Shown here: piece after piece, positions 39,434 to 48,231 of the stretch | Position numbering within the stretch: the stretch's first letter is position 1 | How the letters are laid out: every line of letters starts with the position of its first letter | DNA from: a virus | Lineage: Duplodnaviria > Caudoviricetes | Length of the DNA stretch: 64,000 nucleotides | Strand: one strand, 5' to 3' | Virus record (IMG/VR): IMGVR_UViG_3300012007_000009 | Location: 96,791 to 160,790 of that record | Program-made: the position numbers and the translations under genes | Notes under the pieces: generated by a model | What the model saw: only the letters and a program-made list of their open reading frames with translations | What the model was told of the DNA's origin: nothing | Databases searched by the model: none

Positions 39434-40987
39434 ATGTCCGCCCAGGTGATTCTCAAGAAATATACCGGTCTTGACTCGGAGTTCGGTACCGTGGTCAAGA
39501 GTCTCGGCATTAAGCGAGTGGACACCGCGGTTCCTTCGGTCTATAGCTCCAACAATCTAGGCGGGAAAGTGATACCGGCGGACGACGCCAGCGAGGCCAA
39601 GTTCTACTCGGTATACCGGCCGGACGAGCCGGACTGCTGGAACTACTCCATGGAATGCGTTTTCAAGGTACACTTAATCAAGCCTCCTTCCGTACAGCTG
39701 AGCAACCTGTGCGTGTATCCCGTCGGGAAGCCGCCGGAGAACAGGGAAACTGCGCCCCGTCTTATGATAGGTAACTCGATAACCTATTCCAAGCCGACAA
39801 CCGCGAAAAGCACCAAGGCCATCCATGACATATGGGACTACAGCAAGGAACATCCGTTCTACCTGAGCGTATCCGGACTGTACGGGCAGGTTGTCGACCC
39901 TTCTTACGGGAAGACCGAGTACTCGGTAGAATACAAGGACTGCGGGTACGGCAATGTGGTATACCTGGACGGTGAACGCCAGCCGGCGGTTCCCGTGGCA
40001 ATCAGGAGCGACGCATCCGACGTCACCCTGCGGTTCAAGGACAGGACTTTCATGGCCAGTACGGAGAAAAGTAACCGTCGTCTTCTTGACTTTGTCGACC
40101 CGGCAACGGGGAAAAGCATCGACTCGAAGTACATACATGTCGTCAAGCAGGCCGATGCGCATGGTGACGGAGGGGCGCTGGAGCTGCTGGTGAAACATAC
40201 CGGGGAATCGGAGGAAGATACCTGGAACCTGATGGACATGTTCCCGTCCGGACTCATCTACAAGATTCAGACCGACCGCGAATACGACTACGAAGGTAGC
40301 GGGTATATGGTTTACTGGTTGAACCTGTATGCCCAGAACGCCGGATGGAATCCGGTATGCGACACTACGCAGGAAACCGACGTCAGCTACGTGCCGAACC
40401 GCTGGTTCAAGAGCATATACGACTTCACCGATGCATCTATATCGGAAACTCCCGCACCCAGGCCGTTCGACAAGCAGGTGGTGTACTATGAAGTTGATGC
40501 CAGGGAGGAGCCTGATGGCAGGATGGCGTTCTACATCAACGGGCGGAGGCGCCCGACGCTGGTGTTTGACCTGAACAAGACATATCATTTCCTAAACCGG
40601 ACCGGCTCCAGGTTCCCCATGCGGTTCATAGCCAGCAGGCACGCCCCGTTGTGCAACGATGTCGACGGGGTGATTACGTCGGGCGTGGTGGTGCTTCACG
40701 GGAATACCGACCTGGAGGAGATTTTCGTAAATCCGGAACTTGTCCTGAAGTCCGGGAGGTGCATCGGGGCGTACCAGAGCACCTGCCAGCCGTACATGGG
40801 AAACGTGGCGTTTACCCACCCGATGGACATGTGCGGTAACTACAATATGTGCCGTGTCGGTGGTGGGATATACAACCCGCTGCTGGCCGGGGAATCGGAC
40901 TATGTATATCTACAGTTACAGGTAAGCGGAAAATGCGAGCCGGGTTCGGCGGTGCCGACCCTGGAAATAGGGTATGACGAAACATAG
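39434..40987 (+). CDS. Hypothetical late (structural?) protein, 517 aa
   Basis: TATAAACT at 39399-39406, GGAGG RBS, beta-rich sequence. Confidence 0.8.
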   Translation: MSAQVILKKYTGLDSEFGTVVKSLGIKRVDTAVPSVYSSNNLGGKVIPADDASEAKFYSVYRPDEPDCWNYSMECVFKVHLIKPPSVQLSNLCVYPVGKPPENRETAPRLMIGNSITYSKPTTAKSTKAIHDIWDYSKEHPFYLSVSGLYGQVVDPSYGKTEYSVEYKDCGYGNVVYLDGERQPAVPVAIRSDASDVTLRFKDRTFMASTEKSNRRLLDFVDPATGKSIDSKYIHVVKQADAHGDGGALELLVKHTGESEEDTWNLMDMFPSGLIYKIQTDREYDYEGSGYMVYWLNLYAQNAGWNPVCDTTQETDVSYVPNRWFKSIYDFTDASISETPAPRPFDKQVVYYEVDAREEPDGRMAFYINGRRRPTLVFDLNKTYHFLNRTGSRFPMRFIASRHAPLCNDVDGVITSGVVVLHGNTDLEEIFVNPELVLKSGRCIGAYQSTCQPYMGNVAFTHPMDMCGNYNMCRVGGGIYNPLLAGESDYVYLQLQVSGKCEPGSAVPTLEIGYDET

Positions 40988-41065
40988 CCGCAAGAAAAAA
41001 TAAGCCACAGTATAAACTTGCAGACAAATCACCCCGATGGCGGGAACAAAAAGGATATGAAAACC

Positions 41066-42646
41066 ATGACACAGGCAGAACTCAACAAGAAGGCGATGGC
41101 CGATATCTTCGCCCTTGAGGATTCAAAGGACCTATTTGAGGCCATCGGCGGTCTTAACGACGAACAGGCTTTCAGCGCGGACCCGGCCGACACAGAATAC
41201 GGGGTTGATGACATGCTTACCGTAATCCCCGGTAGCACCGACCCGTTCGCCGGACAATCAATCATGTCTCAGGAACAACAGGAACCGTCCGCCGAGGACA
41301 AGAAGTTCGTAATCGACCGGTTCAGCGAACTTATGGCCAAGGACCACAAGGATGTGGTCAGCCCGACCGAGATTGACTCCTATACACCGATTATCCAGAA
41401 GGAAGTCGGCATGAGGATGAATGTCAACCAGTTCCTCACTGATATCATGAACTCAGCCACCCAGCGTCTGAGCGCACAGAACGTCTCCGAGGCACAGCCT
41501 ACCGGAGCTGCGACTGACGAAATCGCCCCTCAAGGCACCGCACCGGAAGCCCCGGTCGACCCTGCCGCCATGGGTACTCCTGCAATGGAGCCTGCACCCG
41601 GTGGCGTGGTTGCCGAGCCTTCTCTCGATGCCAACGTTGGCACCGAACCGGCACCCGAGGATGACCTCGGTCTTGGCGAACTCGATGGCGGTGACGCCGG
41701 TCTTGACGACTTTGGTGCAGAACCGGCATCCGAAGGCGATGACCTCGGACTCGGCGATATCTCCGACGATGCCGGACTGGACACCCCGGTTGAAGGCGGA
41801 GACGACCTCGGTCTCGGTGATGCCGATACCGAACCTTCCACTGAAGGCGGGGATGACCTCGGCCTTGGCGAAGAAGGCGGTGCCGAAGGTGCCGAAGGCG
41901 GTGCCGAAGGCGGTGAAGAAGGCGCCGCGACACCCGGCGACGACGATGAACTCTTTGGTGGAAGCAACCTCGACAGTATGTCCGACGACGAGTTTGGCGG
42001 GGACGATGAAGGAAATTCCGATTCCGGAGATGTTCCTTCCGAGAACGACGATGCCGAATTCGAAGCCGAGATGGCAAAGAACAAGGCTATCCTGGAATCC
42101 ATTCACGCTAAGTATGTCGAGGATTCCGCTCGCGAGCATGTTCGAACGCTAGTCGAATCTTACGTTCGTACAAAGAAGGCTGAGAAGCAGGCGCAACTTG
42201 AAGCGGCTGAAGCCGAACGGTCTCAGTTCGAAGCCAAAGCTGACAAGATGCGCAATGAGTTGGGCGACAAGGTTGCCACGCTCGTCGAGGCCGAAAGCAA
42301 GAAGAAGACCGCTGTCATTCTGGAGAATGCCGCCAGGGCATTTGACGGTGCGATGAAGCGCAAGACCGAAGCGGCGAAGGCAAAGAAGGATGCTTCCCGC
42401 AAGCTCGCAGCCAAGCTGGAAGCAATCTCTGCCAACTTCCACAAGGTTTCCGCCAAGGAAGCCGCTGTAAAGAAGTTGAACGCCAAGCTGGAATCCATCT
42501 CGGCCAAGTACGCCAAGAAGGGTTCTAAGGCTCCTAAGGCCGATGCAGCCAAGGAAGACGTCAAGCCCATGACCGAATCGGTCAAGGATTCGGTGACGGA
42601 TACACTGACCAAGAAGCTGAAGGACATCGTTGACTCTATCAACTAA
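41066..42646 (+). CDS. Acidic, repeat-containing late protein; candidate prohead core/scaffold
   Basis: ORF 41018..42646, likely ATG at 41066 after AAGGA; TATAAACT at 41011-41018; DDLGLG repeats; many LE|S/A motifs; capsid-gene-like codon bias. Confidence 0.75.
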   Translation: MTQAELNKKAMADIFALEDSKDLFEAIGGLNDEQAFSADPADTEYGVDDMLTVIPGSTDPFAGQSIMSQEQQEPSAEDKKFVIDRFSELMAKDHKDVVSPTEIDSYTPIIQKEVGMRMNVNQFLTDIMNSATQRLSAQNVSEAQPTGAATDEIAPQGTAPEAPVDPAAMGTPAMEPAPGGVVAEPSLDANVGTEPAPEDDLGLGELDGGDAGLDDFGAEPASEGDDLGLGDISDDAGLDTPVEGGDDLGLGDADTEPSTEGGDDLGLGEEGGAEGAEGGAEGGEEGAATPGDDDELFGGSNLDSMSDDEFGGDDEGNSDSGDVPSENDDAEFEAEMAKNKAILESIHAKYVEDSAREHVRTLVESYVRTKKAEKQAQLEAAEAERSQFEAKADKMRNELGDKVATLVEAESKKKTAVILENAARAFDGAMKRKTEAAKAKKDASRKLAAKLEAISANFHKVSAKEAAVKKLNAKLESISAKYAKKGSKAPKADAAKEDVKPMTESVKDSVTDTLTKKLKDIVDSIN

Positions 42647-42665
42647 AGGACTGTAAACGGAAACT

Positions 42666-42693
42666 AAAAGGAAGGGCACGAGTCCTTCCTTTT
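42666..42693 (+). terminator. Rho-independent terminator
   Basis: AAAAGGAAGG/CCTTCCTTTT stem. Confidence 0.75.
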
Positions 42694-42758
42694 CTGTTTC
42701 CAATATAGTTTCCCTACTGCGGAGCCTAGATAAACTACGGAATAACCGGGAAAAACGA

Positions 42759-44957
42759 ATGGGACACTTTGACGGAAGACTGAAGCAGGCGTTAACCGAT
42801 GCCGTTGCAAAGGCCAAGGACAAGGCTTTCTACGACTGTCTGAAGTCGCACGGCTTTTACGATGTCGCTGACCAGGACAACGGTCTGAAGGACTGGGAGC
42901 GGGCATCTGTCCCGGAATACAATCAGCACAGGATGACTGCGTTGGCCGAATCAGTTGCCGACATGTGTATGGACCTGCTCGGTAACGATGAATACGGCGT
43001 GCTTACCGTCGCACTCGAGGAGATAATCAATAAGATAGACCTCCGCTGCTCAATGACGGCCAGTGAAATGGATGTTGTCGGCGGTGCGCTGGGTGGATTG
43101 ACCAGTGGAGTTAGCGAAAGTGCGCGTCAAGCAATATCTTCGGCCGTTGCCGCTGCCATGGCGGGAAACAAGTTCGACCCGGATGTGATACCACCTATTT
43201 CGCTCGGACTGAGCGGTCTTCCGTTTTCCATATCAAACTGTTACAAGCCAGGCATGCTCGCGCCCAACTACGAGTTCCTCTATGAATGGGAAGCCAACAA
43301 GCAGCACGGTTTTTATGCAGTCGGCAATGACCTGTATCTCGGGCCGGGTATACCAATGAACATAGGCGGTGCAGTGAAAATACTGGTTCTCCGCACTATA
43401 TTTGGGGTGCCAAACGTCGACAAGAATGCCCAGCCGGAAGGAGACCTGGAAGGGGGTCTTACGCTGGAGGATTTCCAGACGATACAGAAAGTGATGGACA
43501 TGGGTGCCGCCGAGGCGCTAGCGCTTGACGAGACGAAGAATTTTGTACTTAACGATAAGCAGATGAGGGCCTCGTTCTTCAGATATATCCATTTCATCCT
43601 GTGGAACCCGATATCGGTCCCGAATAACTGGGGTTTTTTGCACTGGGGCGTACTGGCGAACAACGCGTGCCCGGAACCGATTCGGACGGCGGTATGCAGT
43701 TACTTGCGGACGGAGGGTCTCGCCATTGACCCGGCCGTCAATCCGGAAGCGTTCGCCATATGCCACTGCCTCAATGCCGGCATGGCGTATTACGTAGGCC
43801 GTGACACGCCGGTCACCCTTGTCGGGCTTGACGGCCAGAACGTTACCGCGTACGATAAGCAGAACAAGGTGTCGATAAATTGCGTCCAGCACACTGCGGC
43901 GCAGTATCCGGGTGTCAAGAAGGACCAGAGGCTGGCCAACCTGCATTTCACCTTGATAGCCGACATCCTCGCCCACCTCACCAAGGGCTCGTCGGAAAAC
44001 GATACGTGGTTACGCCAGAGACGGGTAGCAGAGGCGAATCTCATCTACAACATGGTCGGCATGCCCACCATAACGTATGGGGCGCCCACCGGGAAATATA
44101 GCCAGGAACACACGGGAAAGGCTGCAGCCAGGCGAGGATTGGTCAGCCTGATGACATCAACCCTGTACGCGTTCAAGAACGAGACATCCAACCTGGTGGC
44201 CGGCGATGACGTGAAGATAATTTTCCAGAACAACAAAATCGACCCCGACGGCACCATACTCCAGGAGCGCTCCAAGGAAGCGTTGAAGTACGCGGGCGCG
44301 GTGGCCGGGGTCAAGGTAATGCCGATAGCCTCCCTGTACAGGCCCCCCGAGCGGCAGGGCGCGACGATGGCGGAGAACTGGCACCGCGGGGACAGAATCA
44401 AGTACGGCCCCGTCGGACGGCAGGTCAACGACATATATGTATCCGATGCGGCGAAGCATCCCGGGAGCAAGCCGGCATCTGTCGAGGATGGCTATTTCCG
44501 CTCGACGACAAAACCGAACATGGTGAAGAAATGCATCGAATTGTGCGAATCCGGCCAGGTAGTATCCAGACACTGCTGGGACTACAGGAAGATTCAGGCA
44601 ATAGACATATCGGCCAAGCAGCTGGCCAGGGAGTTCAAGTATTCGGATGACGCGATTGTCAGGCTCGGCCAGACATTCTTCCAGATGAAGAAGGACGGAA
44701 TCCTCCGCTCGTACATAGCGCCGGACGGATTGGGGTCTCCCGGGGCAAAGACGGGAGAACCCGCATTCCACATAGAGGTCTACATAACGGGTCCCGGGTC
44801 GGAAATAAGTCTTCCGCTGGCGAAGGCGGACCCGTCAGCCATGTCACCCAAGGACAGTGACCAGGTTGCCCTCATGTCGAACCCGAACTTTGCAAGCGTC
44901 CCTGCACTCGACGCAGTATTCGTCAAGGACAATGTAGACAAGGAAAAGGGAGGTTAA
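42759..44957 (+). CDS. Putative virion-associated lysin: lysozyme-like region plus M15-type peptidase domain
   Basis: LYEWE...LYLGPG and LRQRRVAEANL (GH24-like ends); SLYRPPERQ...SRH...AIDIS...EPAFHIEV (M15 Zn ligands); GATAAACT at 42729-42736. Confidence 0.6.
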   Translation: MGHFDGRLKQALTDAVAKAKDKAFYDCLKSHGFYDVADQDNGLKDWERASVPEYNQHRMTALAESVADMCMDLLGNDEYGVLTVALEEIINKIDLRCSMTASEMDVVGGALGGLTSGVSESARQAISSAVAAAMAGNKFDPDVIPPISLGLSGLPFSISNCYKPGMLAPNYEFLYEWEANKQHGFYAVGNDLYLGPGIPMNIGGAVKILVLRTIFGVPNVDKNAQPEGDLEGGLTLEDFQTIQKVMDMGAAEALALDETKNFVLNDKQMRASFFRYIHFILWNPISVPNNWGFLHWGVLANNACPEPIRTAVCSYLRTEGLAIDPAVNPEAFAICHCLNAGMAYYVGRDTPVTLVGLDGQNVTAYDKQNKVSINCVQHTAAQYPGVKKDQRLANLHFTLIADILAHLTKGSSENDTWLRQRRVAEANLIYNMVGMPTITYGAPTGKYSQEHTGKAAARRGLVSLMTSTLYAFKNETSNLVAGDDVKIIFQNNKIDPDGTILQERSKEALKYAGAVAGVKVMPIASLYRPPERQGATMAENWHRGDRIKYGPVGRQVNDIYVSDAAKHPGSKPASVEDGYFRSTTKPNMVKKCIELCESGQVVSRHCWDYRKIQAIDISAKQLAREFKYSDDAIVRLGQTFFQMKKDGILRSYIAPDGLGSPGAKTGEPAFHIEVYITGPGSEISLPLAKADPSAMSPKDSDQVALMSNPNFASVPALDAVFVKDNVDKEKGG

Positions 44958-44961
44958 CCGG

Positions 44962-45699
44962 ATGTCCCAGCTATACAAGGAATCCAAGCAGCGTTTCGAC
45001 GACACGGTATACGGATACCTCGTGAAGAGGCTTACCCAGCCGTATGATGACACCGATGCGTTTGGCATGGGACACATAGACGAGCACGGGAACGAGACCA
45101 ACCCGGCTACCGACTGGTCTTATACCAAGCTGGACAAGCTGGTGTTCGACCTCCGGGCGGCACTGGGCGACAACCTGAAGAAGCTGGTCCACGATTCGTA
45201 CGACGGGGTGGACCCGCTTTCCCTCATGAACGCCCCGGTCGACCCGAAGAAATATGCGGCCAAGTACGGCGGCGTGGTGAAACTGATAGAGGAGACGGCG
45301 TACCTCCCGGAGCAGTTCAGGGGGCAGCCAGGAATCGGCGGGAACACGACCAGCGAATCCGACTTGAGCGCCGAACAGAGGGTGTCGTTCGCCCTTACCG
45401 TGGCGACCGCCATAATGACCAGCATGCTAAAGGACAGGCTGGTCACCGATACCGAGTTCAACGACGAGGTCCTACTGGACACCGAGGCGACTTTCGGGGT
45501 GCGTTCCCTGGGGGATTCCCGGGAGGTTCTCGGGTTCCTGCGGAACGCGGGGCTGTCCAACGGCAGGGAGATTACCTCGGAGGGACTGAGGCTCGCATAC
45601 CGGATTTCCCGGGAACTGGTGGAGAAGAAGCTGGTCCGTGCCGAGGGTGGCGGAATGAACAACCAGGGGATGAGCTGGGTGGAGGTGTCGCGTGCGTAG
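44962..45699 (+). CDS. Conserved T4-like phage hypothetical protein
   Basis: Y.LVKRLTQPYDDTDAFGMGHIDEHGN resembles a conserved unknown family of T4-like phages (from recall). Confidence 0.7.
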   Translation: MSQLYKESKQRFDDTVYGYLVKRLTQPYDDTDAFGMGHIDEHGNETNPATDWSYTKLDKLVFDLRAALGDNLKKLVHDSYDGVDPLSLMNAPVDPKKYAAKYGGVVKLIEETAYLPEQFRGQPGIGGNTTSESDLSAEQRVSFALTVATAIMTSMLKDRLVTDTEFNDEVLLDTEATFGVRSLGDSREVLGFLRNAGLSNGREITSEGLRLAYRISRELVEKKLVRAEGGGMNNQGMSWVEVSRA

Positions 45700-45898
45700 C
45701 GAGTACAACGGCCGTCCGCTGTTTACCGTGGGACTGTCCGACTTCATAACGGTGACCGAGTGCGTGCACTCGAACAAGAGGCTCCTTTCCAGGAATATCC
45801 AGGATGATGAGCTGAGGGACTACTTCGTCAATACCAGGAAACCATTTTTTGCCGTCACGTACGATGATGTAATAGTTTTGTACGGCGGAAGGAACTGA
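45692..45898 (+). CDS. Small hypothetical protein, 68 aa
   Basis: GGAGG RBS and GTG start; fills the gap before the portal gene. Confidence 0.65.
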   Translation: MRSEYNGRPLFTVGLSDFITVTECVHSNKRLLSRNIQDDELRDYFVNTRKPFFAVTYDDVIVLYGGRN

Positions 45899-45902
45899 CA
45901 AT

Positions 45903-47606
45903 ATGCTGTGGAGACCGAATAAGCATCCAGAAACTGTGGGCGGGAGGATACTGACCCATCCTAGGAAATACGGCGTGGCCAACCCCAAGGGGGCGTATTT
46001 CGACCGTATTTTCAACAGGCAGGAGACCGAGCGGCAGGTTGACCTGTCCAGGAACCTTGTCGGCCAGGGCGTGAACCAGATGATGTTCCCGAACGGGATT
46101 TCCCCGGACGGGTACAGCACCTTCACCCCCGTCATGGGGATTTCCGACAAGAACTACGACCCTGACACCGTACACAACTCGATTGCCGAGAACCAGGCCA
46201 ACCTGTACTGGAAGAAGAACGTCGAGCGCGCAATGAAGTACAATACCGTTGCCGGGCGTTCCGAGGTGAACGAGTCCCTCATCCAGATTTGCAACGAGGC
46301 CGTGTACGAGGACGAGAACGACGAGATTTGCGTCCTCCAGATATCCCGGGACGCCGGGATAGGCGAGGGCACCCAGATTCGCATGCACCGTACCTTCCGC
46401 AGGACTGTGCTCACCGAGTTCCTGAACTTCTACGACGATGGCGACAAGTACATGCACTACCTGCTCGTGCACGGCCGCGTGTTCTTCGAGGTATCCTACG
46501 ACGAGAACACGGGCCTCATCAAGGGTGTACAGATGCTCCCGGAAGAGAACATGATTATCGTGGTGCAGGACAACCTCATCATAGGCTACCGCCAGATGCT
46601 CACCGGTGCAATATCGATGAAGACGGGCGGCAAGAACTATATCGACTACTCGCCCAACCAGATTCTCTATGCCTCGCTGGGAATGAACGGGCCGGGAGGC
46701 CTGAACGACCCGCGTTCAATCCTCGAGCCGGCCATCAAGCCATACAACCAGCTCAACACCATCGAGGATTCCGTCGTCATGTACCGTATCCTGTGGGGTT
46801 CCGAGAAGCTCGTCCTCAAGGTCGACACTTCCGGTATGCCCAAGGACAAGGCCGAGAAGTTCATGAAGGACCAGGCCAAGATATTCTCCAGGAAGATTGA
46901 CTACAACTCCCTCACCGGCGAGGTGACCAACTTCGGTAAGGTGGTGGGTCTTTCGGAACACTTCATCATCGGTCTTTCCCAGGGACGTACCGGCTCCTCC
47001 ATCGAGCGCATGCAGGGCGGCGACCAGCTGGGCAACATAGACGACCTCAAGTTCTTCAAGAGGAACCTGGTCAACTCCCTGATGGTGCCTCCCGGGAGAA
47101 TAACCTGCCTGGCGGGGGATTCCCAGAGTTACTCACAGGGCAAGATTGGCGAAGTCACCGTGGCCGAGATTTCGTTCGCCCGCCTGATTCAGAAGTACCA
47201 GCGGCCGATGCGTTCAATCCTCCTAAGGCTCTTCCTCATGGTGCTCGACACCGACAGGAAGATTGCCGACAAGTACAAGGTGCCCATGAACTTCCGAATC
47301 AAGTTCAAGAAGGCCAACGGGTTCAACGACTTCATCGGGGCCGAGGTATGGAGCACCAGGCTCAACATTTTCAACCAGATGATGCAGCAGACCGCATCCA
47401 AGGAGAACCCGGGAGGCGTGCTCGCCAAGGAATTCGCCCTGCGCAGGGGCCTCGGTCTTAACGACGCGGACTACCTGGAGAACCAGGAGATGCTCAAGAG
47501 GGAAAAGGCTGCCGAGATGGGCGAGGCCACACCTGATGAAGGTGGCGGTGGCGATGCCGATGGCGGTGGAGATATGGGCGGAGGTGGCGGATTCCCCGGC
47601 TTCTAG
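45903..47606 (+). CDS. gp20: Portal vertex protein
   Basis: SILEPAIKPYNQLNTIEDSVVMYRI, KVDTSGMPKDKAEKFM, GGDQLGNIDDLKFFKRNL, EISFARLI. Confidence 0.95.
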   Translation: MLWRPNKHPETVGGRILTHPRKYGVANPKGAYFDRIFNRQETERQVDLSRNLVGQGVNQMMFPNGISPDGYSTFTPVMGISDKNYDPDTVHNSIAENQANLYWKKNVERAMKYNTVAGRSEVNESLIQICNEAVYEDENDEICVLQISRDAGIGEGTQIRMHRTFRRTVLTEFLNFYDDGDKYMHYLLVHGRVFFEVSYDENTGLIKGVQMLPEENMIIVVQDNLIIGYRQMLTGAISMKTGGKNYIDYSPNQILYASLGMNGPGGLNDPRSILEPAIKPYNQLNTIEDSVVMYRILWGSEKLVLKVDTSGMPKDKAEKFMKDQAKIFSRKIDYNSLTGEVTNFGKVVGLSEHFIIGLSQGRTGSSIERMQGGDQLGNIDDLKFFKRNLVNSLMVPPGRITCLAGDSQSYSQGKIGEVTVAEISFARLIQKYQRPMRSILLRLFLMVLDTDRKIADKYKVPMNFRIKFKKANGFNDFIGAEVWSTRLNIFNQMMQQTASKENPGGVLAKEFALRRGLGLNDADYLENQEMLKREKAAEMGEATPDEGGGGDADGGGDMGGGGGFPGF

Positions 47607-47613
47607 CCCGGAA

Positions 47614-47625
47614 TTTGCTATATTT
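47614..47625 (+). promoter_or_regulatory. Extended -10 promoter (TTTGCTATATTT) for the tmRNA
   Basis: Same motif as before 22085, rnh and gp46. Confidence 0.65.
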
Positions 47626-47635
47626 CCGACAGCAC

Positions 47636-47991
47636 GGGGGTGCCTTGGTTTCGACAGGGTCGCTGAAGTGCAAGTTGCAAGCCGAGGTCTCAGACGGGGG
47701 TTCTCGTTAAAAAGTCTGAAAACAATAAGTGCTGAAGAAAGCTACGCACTCGCTGCCTAATTAGCGGCAACGCCGGGCCCCACCCAGCTCCCATCAGGAT
47801 GGAAGTCCGGACGCAATATGGGATAGGACTCCCGCATGCCCGGGGTTGGAGTCCGAGATTCACTGGGCTGGCTGAAGTCCGCGCCGACCTCCTCGGGCGT
47901 TGATGAGGCGAGAGCTCAAGTACGGAGGGAATGCTTGTAGGAGCGAGCGTGGACGCGGTTTTGGACAGGGGTTCGACTCCCCTCACCTCCA
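47636..47991 (+). ncRNA. ssrA: tmRNA; tag (A)AEESYALAA*
   Basis: 5' GGGGGTG pairs with 3' CACCTCC-A with G3:U; GGTTTCGAC 5' motif; T-arm GGGGTTCGACTCCCC; ATAAGT-GCT resume context; tag ends YALAA-TAA at 47760; CCA not encoded. Confidence 0.95.
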
Positions 47992-48000
47992 TATTAACAG

Positions 48001-48030
48001 GAAAATCCCGGGAGATTCCCGGGATTTTTC
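48001..48030 (+). terminator. Terminator after tmRNA
   Basis: AAAATCCCGGGA/TCCCGGGATTTT stem. Confidence 0.75.
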
Positions 48031-48231
48031 TTGTTTTAGCGGTCCAATTTTAATGAAAAAGTATCATTTTGGACTCAAAACGTATTTCAATGCACGTTTT
48101 TGGCACTTTTTCAAAGGTCATTTTTCACTGTTTATAAACAGTACGTCAGAAGTCTAAGGGAGTTTAATTCTCCCCCTGGCGGTAGGGTTACCGTCTAGGT
48201 AAGACGGAAAACCCTAAAAAGGAAAAGAAAA

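Noticed and set aside
47536-48157. ORFs overlapping 47636-47991
   Set aside because: The region is the tmRNA; only the tag frame is meaningful
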